Shown: positions 10,240-18,601 of the stretch, one piece after another
Layout of the letters: the number at the start of each line of letters is the position of its first letter
Position numbering within the stretch: position 1 is the stretch's first letter
Origin: an uncultured Acidimicrobiaceae bacterium
Lineage (GTDB): Bacteria; Actinomycetota; Acidimicrobiia; Acidimicrobiales; UBA8190
DNA length: 64,000 nt
Reading direction: 5' to 3'
Assembly (NCBI GenBank): GCA_963706205.1
Contig: OY970155.1
Location: 1,584,064 to 1,648,063 of the forward strand
The notes under the pieces: model-generated
The model's input: the letters and a program-made list of their open reading frames with translations, nothing else
Told to the model about the DNA's origin: nothing
The model's database searches: none
Translations under genes and position numbers: made by a program

Positions 10240-10797
10240 TCAGTCCCACAGCCCGGCGGGGGAGTCTCCCAATCGGTAATGGCCGGGGAGCAACTCACCG
10301 GCTCCGGCGCGTTCGATCCGCCGCTTCATCCCCTCCGAGAGGGCGTCCGCCTTGATCATCTCGATGAACAGCGACGTGGCGTTGCCGACGTCGAAGAAGT
10401 CACGCTGCCATGACCACTGCCAGTCTCCCGGCGTAGCGGAACCAGCTGCCACCGAGCCCGGCGATCTCGTAGCGGCGTCCCGTCGGGTCGCGTGGCGTCG
10501 GCGATCTGCTTCCACAGGCCGATGACCTCGCCCTGGACGGGGTCGATGAGCACCTTCTGGTACGGATAGGTCCAGCCGTCCAGCCCGCCCATCTCGCAGG
10601 CCGAGGGCGATGTCGCGGATCTCGTCGCGTCCGACGGCCATGAACTCCTCGTGCGGACCGATGTTCCAGCCGTAGGTGGCGTCCTCGGTGTACATGTCGG
10701 CCATCGGCCGCCAGTCACCGGCGTCCTGGGCGCGCCGGTTGGCCTCCAGCCACCGCTCCACCATCTCTTCCAGCTCCTCGTAGGGAAAAGGCGGCAC
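10240..10797 (-). pseudogene. NTF2/SnoaL-like protein (Rv0762c-like position), broken by three +1 frameshifts as sequenced
   Basis: The peptide hops from ORF 10240..10797 to 10356..10718, through a third frame, and back: ...GRDEIRDIALGL | EMGGLDGWTYPYQKVLIDPVQGEVIGLWKQIADATRPDGT | RYEIAGLGGSWFRYAG | DWQWSWQRDFFDVGNATSLF... Extra bases lie near 10596, 10475 and 10426. Confidence 0.6.
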
Positions 10798-10800
10798 GTC

Positions 10801-10996
10801 TCAGTCCTCCTCGATTCGTCAACGCTTTGGTGGGGCAGAACCTCACAGCCTGTTCGACCATCGGCCGCATCACTTCGGCCGGGCTCTCGTCGACGACGGT
10901 GAGGACGCCTTTCTTCGACACCGAGAAGACATCAGGCGCCTCGGACTCACAGACCCCGTGTCCCTGGCACAGGTCCCTGTCGACCACGATCCTCAC
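10801..10996 (-). pseudogene. small [3Fe-4S]/[4Fe-4S]-type ferredoxin (Rv0763c-like); separate GTG-started gene or C-terminal domain of CYP51; one +1 frameshift near its 3' end
   Basis: [60 protein letters not shown] in ORF 10715..11503. Removing one base near 10815 gives ...ALTIEED-stop at 10801, just before the next gene's GTG (10797). Confidence 0.65.
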
Positions 10997-12390
10997 GCCG
11001 GCCGGCCGCCCGACGGGGCCGCGCGCCGACCGGTAGTCGCACGGCGCAGGGCTGCTGCGAGCTGGACGACCATCTTCGAGTGGTCGTTGCGGTAGGTCTC
11101 CGACGGCTGGGCCAGCTCGAACTCCCAGTGCCGGCAGCAGCACCGAGAAGATGGCCTTCAGCTGCATCATGGCGAACGGCGCGCCCACGCAGCGGTGCCG
11201 CCCGGCACCGAACGGGATCCACGTCCACGGGTTCGGCCGGTCCTCGGCCCGGGGCTCGAGGTAGCGCTCGGGCACGAAGGCGTCGGCGTCGGGGAAGTCC
11301 TCGGCGATCCGGTTGGACACCGCCAGGCTCGCCCCCACCAGCTTGCCCGGCGGCGATGCGGAACCCCTCGACTTCGAGCTCCTCCTTGGCCACGCGCAGC
11401 ACCAGGATGAGCGGCGGGTGAAGTCGCAGCGCCTCCTTGATGGCCGATTCGAGGCGGGGCATCTCCCGCAGCGCCTGGTAGCTGACCTCCTCACCCTGGG
11501 CATAGAGCTCGTCGAGCTCGTCGGTGCACCGGCGCCAGCTCGTCGGGATGGCGCAGCAGCTCGATGAGCGTCCAGGCCGCGGTCCCCGACGTGGTGTGGT
11601 GGCCGGCGAACATCATCGAGATGAACATCCCGGTCACCATGTCGGTGGAGAACCGGGGCGATCCGTCGTCCTCCCGGATCGACATCAGGACGTCGAGGAG
11701 GTCACGGTCCTCGTCGGTGGCGGCCGGCCCGTCCCGTCGGCCGTCCATGATGCCCTGGACCAGGGCCACGAGGCCCAGCCGGGCGGCGTCGCGCCGTCGG
11801 AAGCTCTCGATATCGGCGTAGGGGTCGACGTAGGCGATGGCGTCGGTCCCCTGCTCGAGGTCGTGGTAGAGCCGGGCGAAGCGTCGGTCGAGCTCGTCGG
11901 CGGAACTTGCGATCCGATCAGGCAGGCCGACGACGTGTAGATGGTGAGCTCGGCGAACCAGTCGAGCAGGTCGATCGTCGCCCGTCGTCGGCCCAGCCCG
12001 CCACCATGGCCGTCGACCTCGTCGGCGATCGTCGACGCGTGGCCGCGCATGAACTTGTCGCGCAGCGCCTGGTTGTGGAGCATCTCGCGCCGGCGTTCGG
12101 GGGGCGCGTCGAAGACCACTCCCTCGCCGAAGATCGGCGTCATGAACGGGTAGGCCTCGGCCTGGTCGAGGAGCTCCTCGGGCGCCCGGAAGAACAACTC
12201 GTTGGCCTCGGCCCCCGTGAGCAGCACGACGTCTCGGTCCGCCAACCGGAATCGGCCGACGTCGCCGCACTCCGCCCGGACCCGTTGCATGAGCCCGATG
12301 GGGTCGACGCCGCAGCTCCTCGAGATGCCCGTGCTCCTCGTCGCCCCCCGAGACCCGCGGCGGCTCGCGTAGTTCGACGTCGATGGTCAT
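10997..12390 (-). pseudogene. cyp51: sterol 14-alpha-demethylase-type cytochrome P450 (CYP51), multiply frameshifted as sequenced
   Basis: Pieces are spread over ORFs 11491..12609, 11685..12290, 10947..11462 and 10715..11503: MTIDVELREPPRVSGGDEEHGHLEELR / MQRVRAECGDVG...AYPFMTPIFGEGVVFDAPPERRREMLHN...TIYTSSACLIG / DELDRRFARLYHDLEQG...MFISMMFAGHHTTSGTAAWTLIELLRH / MPRLESAIKEALRLHPPLILVLRVA / NPWTWIPFGAGRHRCVGAPFAMMQLKAIFSVLL (haem Cys loop). ATG at 12390 with GGAGG upstream. Confidence 0.8.
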
Positions 12391-13208
12391 GGTGTACCTC
12401 CGCTGCTCGGCCGGTCCCGACGCACGGGCGCCTCGGGCTGGACTTCGATCATGGTCAGGTGGGTCCCCACGCGGAGCCTCGACCGCGGCCACCACGGCCT
12501 GCGGCCACCGCCGGCCGGTCGCAGGAAGTGGCCGTGGCGGGCCAGCCCCCAGCGGACCCACTCGCCCAGGACCTCGGTCGGTGACCTCGGGGTCCCAGTC
12601 CGAGCCCATGCTCGGTCAGGGTCTGACCGGGTCGGACGATCGATGGCGCGCACCCCGGTGCCCTCGAGCTCCATCTGCAGCGTGCGCGACGTAACCCTCG
12701 AGGCCCCACTTCGACGCCACGTAGGCCGCCATGCGCGGGCCGGGGCGAGCGCACGCACGTCGGAGGTGACGAAGACGATGTCGCCGTGGTGGCGCTCGAT
12801 CATGCCCGGAGCCAGGAGGCGCACCAGCTCGGTGGGCGCCCGCCGAGGTTGACGCCCGATCACGCGCGTCGAAGCGCCCGGGGTCGGCGTCGAGCGCCGA
12901 GCCGGGAGATCTGCGCCCGGCACTCGACACGAGGATCGTCGATGTCGCCGACAGCCGCCTCCGCGGCACTCGGCGAACGACGTCGATCGAGTCGCCGTCG
13001 GCCAGGTCGAGGGCGAAGGCGTGCGCCTCGCCACCCTGCGAGCCGGATCGCCGCGCGCGATCTCCTCGCACCGGCCCAGGCGCCGGGCGCCGAGGACCAC
13101 CGGGTGACCGCCGGCGGCCAGGGCCCGCGCCGTGGCCAGGCCGATTCCCGATGAGGCGCCGGTGACGACCGCGGGGCGACGGTCGGGATGGGCGATGTAC
13201 CGGGACAT
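12387..13208 (-). pseudogene. short-chain dehydrogenase (Rv0765c-like position), multiply frameshifted
   Basis: MSRYIAHPDRRPAVVTGASSGIGLATARALAAGGHPVVLGARR..., then alternates with ORF 12616..13071 (EAHAFALDLADGDSIDVV, MAAYVASKWGLEGYV = YxxxK) and back (DIVFVTSDV, LQMELEGTGVRA, HLTMIEVQPEAP). Its stop overlaps the cyp51 ATG (ATGA at 12387..12390). Confidence 0.65.
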
Positions 13209-13227
13209 GGGTCGACGCGGTCTTCGT

Positions 13228-14443
13228 TCAGAGCGCCGACACCGTGGTCGGGAGGGCGGCGAAGCCCCGCACGTTGATGGAGTGGACCCGCTCGGCCCCC
13301 GCCGGCGTCGATGTCGTAGTCGACCGACCCGGTGCACGAGCTCCTCGAGACCGACGCGGGCCTCGAGCCGGGCCAGGGCGGCGCCCAGGCAGAAATGGCG
13401 TCCGCTGCCGAAGCTGATGAGCTTCGAGGTGTCGCGGTCGAGGTCGTAGCGATCGGGTCGGGGAAGACGCCGCGAGTCCCGGTTGGCCGACCCGACGAGC
13501 AGCAGGACCCGTCGCCCGTCGGGTAGGACGGTCCCCCGCAGGTCGACGTCGCCCGTGGTCACCCGCAGCAGCATCTGCGTCGACGTGTCGAAGCGCAGGG
13601 TCTCCTCCACCCAGTCGGGGACCCGGCCCGGGTCGGCGAAGGCCTTGGCCCGCTCGTCGGGGAAGCGCCACGCCCAGTACCAGGCGTTGGCCGAGCAGCT
13701 TGGTGGTCGTCTCGTTGCCGGCCACGACCATGAGGAAGAGGAAGGAGATGATCTCGTCGTCGGTCGAGCCGGTCCCCGTCCGAGATCGGCGTCGAGCAGC
13801 GCCGAGGTCAGGTCGTCGGTCGGCCGGGCCCGGCGGCGTTCGGTCACCATCTCGCCGAAGTAGCCGGCCAGGGCGAGGGCGGCCTCCATGCCTTCGGCCG
13901 GGATGTCGTCGAGACCCCTCCTCGCGATGCACGAGGAGGTCGGCCAGGCGTCGCACCTCGGCCCGGTCGCTACGGGGAACGCCGATCATCTCGGAGATCA
14001 CGTCCATGGGCAGCAGGCCGGCGAAGTCGGCCACGAAGTCGAAGTCCCGGCGCTCGACGGCGGTGTCGAGGTGCTCGACGGCGAGCTCCCGGATGCCGCC
14101 CTCGAGCTCGGCCACCCGACGAGGGGTGAAGACCTTGGAGACGAGCGAGCGCATCCGCGTGTGGTCGCGGCGGGTCCATGGCGAGGAACGACATGGCCCG
14201 GTGGGCGTCGGGTCCGTAGGCGGCGGGATCGAGGGAGACGCCGAACCGGTTCGACAGCTGGGCGGGGTTCGCGGAAGGCGGCGAGGACGTCATCGTGGCG
14301 CGAGAGCGCCCAGAAGTCGAGCTCGTCGTTGCGGTAGAGCGGCGCCTCGGCCCGCAGACGGGCATAGGTCGGGTAGGGGTCCTCGTGCATCTGGTAGTCG
14401 TACGGGCTGTAGCGCAGCGGAGCCACCGGTCGTCCGTCGTCAT
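13228..14443 (-). pseudogene. cytochrome P450, CYP123-like, multiply frameshifted
   Basis: Pieces in ORFs 13998..14684 (PLRYSPYDYQMHEDPYPTYARLRAEAPLYRNDELDFWALSRHDDV), 13970..14902 (LSNRFGVSLDPAAYGPDAHRAMSFLAMD), 13228..14154 (MRSLVSKVFTPRRVAELE..., DDEIISFLFLMVVAGNETTTKLL, AERVHSINVRGFAALP) and 12387..13889 (FGSGRHFCLGAALARLEA haem loop). Start is the ATG at 14443 or the GTG at 14426. Confidence 0.75.
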
Positions 14444-15105
14444 CGGACGCCCTCGAGAAGCGGCCCGGGCCACGTCGGCGAGGGCGTCGGGGACACCCCC
14501 GTACGGCAGGTGCCCCATCCCGGCCCACAGCATCGCACCGGAGTAGGCCAGATCGAGGCCGAGCAGGACGGTGGGATCGGCGTCGGCGCCGAGCGCCGAG
14601 GCGATCCGGGCGTGCAGCTCGGCGCCGAACCGCACTCGCAGAGCCCGCACGTCGGGCCCGCTGCCGAGCAGGGCGGTGGTGCACGCCGCCGCCAGTTTCG
14701 GATCGTCGGCCATGAACAGACCAAGATCCTCGAGCGCGCCGGTCAGTCGATCGGCAACGCGCTCACCCCGGGAAGGTCGGGTGACGGCCGGCAGCGCATC
14801 GAACCGCCGCCACAGGACCTCGGCCAGCAGGTGGTCCTTGGAGGCGAAGTAGGTGTAGGCGGTGGCCGGGGCCACGCCGGCTCGCCGCGCCACGCTGCGC
14901 ACGGTGAGCCCCTCGTATCCACGCTCACGCGCCTCGTCGGCGGCGGCGTCGACCAGCGCTGCACGACACCCGCCTGCTTGATCGTGAGCCGCCGCCGCGT
15001 CGTCTCGGCCGCCTCGGCGGCACCGGTGGCCGCGCCGTCGGACTCGGCGTCCTCGGACTCCGGGCCGTCGAAGTCCTCCCGGTCCATCTGTGCCAGACGG
15101 GTCAT
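14440..15105 (-). pseudogene. TetR-family regulator (Rv0767c-like position), at least one frameshift in the HTH region
   Basis: MTRLAQMDREDF...RRRLTIKQAGVVQ (frame of ORF 14743..15789), then LVDAAADEARERGYEGLTVRSVARRAGVAPATAYTYFASKDHLLAEV (frame of ORF 13970..14902). The 3' end is approximate. Confidence 0.6.
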
Positions 15106-15789
15106 GGTTGGGCGTCCGGCTCGGGGATGTGGGGCGTCCCGTCGCGCATGGCCGGGAACCGGAAGGTGGCCGCGGTCGTGCCGGCGGTGATCCGGGTGAT
15201 GTCGGCCTCGGGCAGCGTCTCGGTGTCGTCGTCGATGACCACCTCCCACCGGCAGTGCGGCGACCGGTCCGAAGGGACCCGCGGAGGACGGTGGACGGGG
15301 CGGATCCGGGCCTTCGGGTTCACCGCCTGGGCGGTGACGTCGAAGGTGCCGTCCTCGATGTGGTGGCACATGCTGGTCACCATGCGTCGCCGCAGGGCTC
15401 GGCGTCCATGAGCGCTCCGCAGTGGGCCAGCTCGAAGTAGCCGTGGTTCTCGTCGACCACCTCGTAGCGGACGTCCATGTAGTGGTGGGGGAAGCCGGGG
15501 TCGAGCTGGAGGACCTTGAAGATGGCCGACGACGCCGTCGCCTTCGATCTCCATGATCTGGCGCAGCCGCTCGCCGTAGACGGGGCTCGCCCCCGCCCAC
15601 TCCTCGATGGCCAGCTCCTTCATCGACGTCGGCCCCGTAGCGCATGCCGATGGCGGCGCACATGGACCGGTCGAGAAGGTGCACGATGAGGGCGTACTCG
15701 CGCACCAGCCGGACGAGGGCCTCCTTGGACAGGTCCTCGTAGCGGAAGTCGGGGTCGAAGGGCCCCGAGTAGTCTTTGCGGTCGGTCAT
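15102..15789 (-). pseudogene. conserved hypothetical protein, first gene of the operon, multiply frameshifted
   Basis: MTDRKDYSGPFDPDFRYEDLSKEALVRLVREYALIVHLLDRSMCAAIGMRYG (ORF 14743..15789) continues as MKELAIEEWAGASPVYGERLRQIMEIEGDGV and ...VTSMCHHIEDGTFDVTAQAVNPKARIRPV...WEVVIDDDTETLPEADITRITAG (ORF 15102..15623). Its stop overlaps the TetR ATG (ATGA). Confidence 0.5.
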
Positions 15790-15830
15790 GTCGACAGACT
15801 ACGGTCCAGACACCTGTCCGGCAATAGAGG

Positions 15831-16742
15831 ATGGTCATGGTGCCCGAACACAGTCCTCCCACCGTCGGTGTGATCGGTCTGGGTGACATCGGCAGCGGAG
15901 TGGCCGCGGGGCTGGTCCGCGCCGGGATCGACCTGGTCGTCTGCGACATCCGGCCCGAGTCGACCGCGCCCTTCGCGGACACCGCCCGGATGGCTACCGA
16001 TCCGGCCGAACTCGGGGCCCTGGTCGATGTGGTGGTGGTCGCCGTCGTCACCGACGACCAGGTGCTGGCGGTGCTCGACGGCGCCACCGGGGCGATGGCC
16101 GGTGCCCGACCGGGCTCGACGATCCTGATCCTCTCGACTGTGGCCCCCCGCACGCTGGCCCGGGTGGCGGAACTGGCCGGCTCCGGCGATGTCGACGTGG
16201 TCGATTGCGGGGTCAGTGGCGGTCCCACGGCGGCAGCCGAAGGAGCTCTGGTCTCCATGATCGGCGGGGACGATGCCGTCGTGGCGCGCATCCGACCCGT
16301 TCTCGACGCCTTCAGCTCGCTGGTCGTCCGTATGGGTCCGCTCGGGGCGGGGCTCCACGCCAAGCTGGCCCGCAACCTCGTCCAGTACGCCTCCTGGTTG
16401 GCCGCCTACGAGGCCCAGGTCCTGGCCGAAGCGGCCGGCGTCGATCTGGCCAAGCTGGCCCAGGTGATCAAAGCCAGTGACGCCCGCATCGGCGGCGCGT
16501 CGACACTGATGTTCCGGCGCACGGCGGCGCCGTTCTCGTCCGCGGACGACGCCGGTCTCGTCCAAGCCATGCGGACTGCCGCCGCCCTCGCCCACAAGGA
16601 CCTGCGGGCGGCGATGGAACTGGGCCGGTCGCTCGGCCTCGAGCTCCCGTTGGCGGCCATGACCGACGCCCGGGCCGATGCACTATTCGGGATAGCGCCC
16701 GACACCACGACCGCCGGCGCCGGTGACGGGGACCGACGGTGA
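15831..16742 (+). CDS. NAD(P)-dependent 3-hydroxyisobutyrate/6-phosphogluconate-dehydrogenase-like oxidoreductase (Rv0770-like)
   Basis: Intact 303-aa ORF with VGVIGLGDIGSGVA dinucleotide fold. Divergent from the frameshifted operon. Confidence 0.85.
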   Translation: MVMVPEHSPPTVGVIGLGDIGSGVAAGLVRAGIDLVVCDIRPESTAPFADTARMATDPAELGALVDVVVVAVVTDDQVLAVLDGATGAMAGARPGSTILILSTVAPRTLARVAELAGSGDVDVVDCGVSGGPTAAAEGALVSMIGGDDAVVARIRPVLDAFSSLVVRMGPLGAGLHAKLARNLVQYASWLAAYEAQVLAEAAGVDLAKLAQVIKASDARIGGASTLMFRRTAAPFSSADDAGLVQAMRTAAALAHKDLRAAMELGRSLGLELPLAAMTDARADALFGIAPDTTTAGAGDGDRR

Positions 16743-17280
16743 CAATCTCACGGCCGCCACCTTGAACGGTTTGGCGGCCGGTGACCCACTCGATCCGGGT
16801 ACCGTGTGCGGTCCACTGATAAGCAAGCGCCAACAGGCCCGGGTGGAACGGTACATCCGGCTGGTCGAGCAGGAAGGGGGGAGCGTCGTGGTGGGAGGTG
16901 GTCGACCGGCCGACGGGCCGAAGGGGTTCTTCGTGGAACCCAGCCCGGTGGTGGGACTGGGCCAGGATGCTCGCGTCGTGCAGGAAGAGATCTTCGGTCC
17001 CGTCCTGGTGGTCTCTCCCCACGACGGGGACGACGACGCCGTGCATCTGGCCAACGATTCTCCCTACGGCCTCTCCGGATCGGTTTGGTCCGGGGACCGT
17101 GGGCGGGCCATGACCGTGTCCGCTCGTTTGCGCACGGGCACCGTGGAGGTCGACGGCTGTGCGTGGTACAGCCCCGACGTCGCCTTCGGCGGGTACAAGC
17201 AGTGGTGGCCCGGGCGCGGGATGGGGGTCGCCGTATTCGAGGAGTATCTGGAGACCAAGTCGATGGCGGAGCCGGCATGA
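16723..17280 (+). pseudogene. aldehyde dehydrogenase, C-terminal ~185-aa remnant only
   Basis: ORF 16723..17280 holds only the post-catalytic part of an ALDH (VQEEIFGPVLVV, NDSPYGLSGSVWS, GGYKQ...). There is no room or frame for the ~300 N-terminal residues. It overlaps the upstream gene by 20 bp and the downstream gene by ATGA. Confidence 0.7.
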
Positions 17281-17666
17281 CCGCTGAGCGGCGACCGCCG
17301 ACGCCGAACCGGGCACGGGGCATCGAAAAGATGCGCGAGGTCTACAACTTCACGGTCGATCCCGAGGACGTCCCGGGCGACTTCATCGCCTATACCGTCG
17401 ACCATCTCTTCGGCGACGTCTGGTGCCGCCCCGGTCTCGCCGTCCCCGAGCGCCGGTTGCTGACCATCGGCGTCCTGGCCGCATTGGGGAAGACCGACCT
17501 GCTCGACGTCCAGTTCTCGAGTGCCCTGGCCAACGGCGAGCTCACCGAGGACCAGGTGCGGGAGATCGTCGTCCACCTCGTCCACTACGTCGGATGGCCC
17601 TTGGCCACCGATCTGAGCGCAGCGGCGGAGCGCGTCATCGCCCGCCGGAACTCTGAAAAGCCGTGA
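17277..17666 (+). CDS. carboxymuconolactone decarboxylase-family protein (Rv0771-like)
   Basis: From the ATG at 17277 in the frame of ORF 16806..17666: MTAERRPPTPNRARGIEKMREVYNF...RRLLTIGVLAALGKTDLL...VVHLVHYVGWP. Confidence 0.8.
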   Translation: MTAERRPPTPNRARGIEKMREVYNFTVDPEDVPGDFIAYTVDHLFGDVWCRPGLAVPERRLLTIGVLAALGKTDLLDVQFSSALANGELTEDQVREIVVHLVHYVGWPLATDLSAAAERVIARRNSEKP

Positions 17667-17682
17667 GCAGCGGCTCCCGGGC

Positions 17683-18441
17683 ATGAACAGCTACCACTTC
17701 GACGGCAAGGTGGCGGTGGTGACCGGTGCCGGGCGCGGCATCGGTCGTGTTTATGCCGAGGCCCTGGCGCGCGCCGGGGCGGCGGTGGTGGTGGCGGACA
17801 TCGACGAGGAGAACGCACGAGCGGTGGCCGAGGCCATCACCGCCACCGGAGCGAAAGCCGAAGCGGCACATGTCGATGTGTCGGCCCCCGAATCCGCCCA
17901 GGCCATGGTGGACCTGGCCGGGGAACGTTTCGGTGGGATCGACTTCCTGGTGAACAACGCCGCCATCTTCGGCGGCATGAAGCTCGATCTGCTCCTGACC
18001 GTGGACTGGGAGTATCTCCAGCGGTTCCTGGCGGTGAACCTCGCCGGTGCCCTCGTCTGCACCCGCGCCTGCTACCGGTCGATGGCCGAGCGCGGGGGCG
18101 GGGCCATCGTGAACCAGTCGTCCACCGCCGCCTATCTCTACGCCGGCTACTACGGATGGGCCAAAGCCGGGGTGAATTCGCTGACCCAGCAACTTGCCCA
18201 CGAGCTCGGGGGCATGAACATCCGGGTGAACGCCATCGCGCCGGGACCCACAGACACCGAAGCGGCCCGCTCGGTCGTGCCCGACGCCTACATGCGCGAA
18301 CTGGTGGGCTCGCTCGCTTTGAAGCGCCAAGGGCAGCCCGAGGACCTTGTCGGCATGTGCCTGTTTCTCTTGTCCGACGACGCACAGTGGGTAACCGGAC
18401 ATGTCTTCAACGTTGACGGTGGCCAGGTGATGCGTCCCTAA
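17683..18441 (+). CDS. SDR-family oxidoreductase (FabG-like; Rv0769-like)
   Basis: Intact 252-aa ORF with VAVVTGAGRGIG, NNAAIFGG, YGWAKAG (YxxxK). Confidence 0.9.
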   Translation: MNSYHFDGKVAVVTGAGRGIGRVYAEALARAGAAVVVADIDEENARAVAEAITATGAKAEAAHVDVSAPESAQAMVDLAGERFGGIDFLVNNAAIFGGMKLDLLLTVDWEYLQRFLAVNLAGALVCTRACYRSMAERGGGAIVNQSSTAAYLYAGYYGWAKAGVNSLTQQLAHELGGMNIRVNAIAPGPTDTEAARSVVPDAYMRELVGSLALKRQGQPEDLVGMCLFLLSDDAQWVTGHVFNVDGGQVMRP

Positions 18442-18601
18442 CTACGCCTCACCGGTGCCGGGGGCTCCTCGTCTCCTGGAAGAACCTCTGGGCGGCTGCA
18501 GAGTCCTCTCCCACCCATTCGGCCTGAGCAGCACACCTGAAACGCCCGTCCGACCTGCCCGGTCATGTCGCGTTTTGACGGCGGTGTGACCTTGCGGCAA
18601 C

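Noticed and set aside
10240-15789. Programmed ribosomal frameshifting or transcriptional slippage as an explanation for the broken genes
   Set aside because: There are dozens of shifts per operon at sites with no slippery heptamer or homopolymer, and inserted bases of all four kinds. This is incompatible with any known recoding mechanism.
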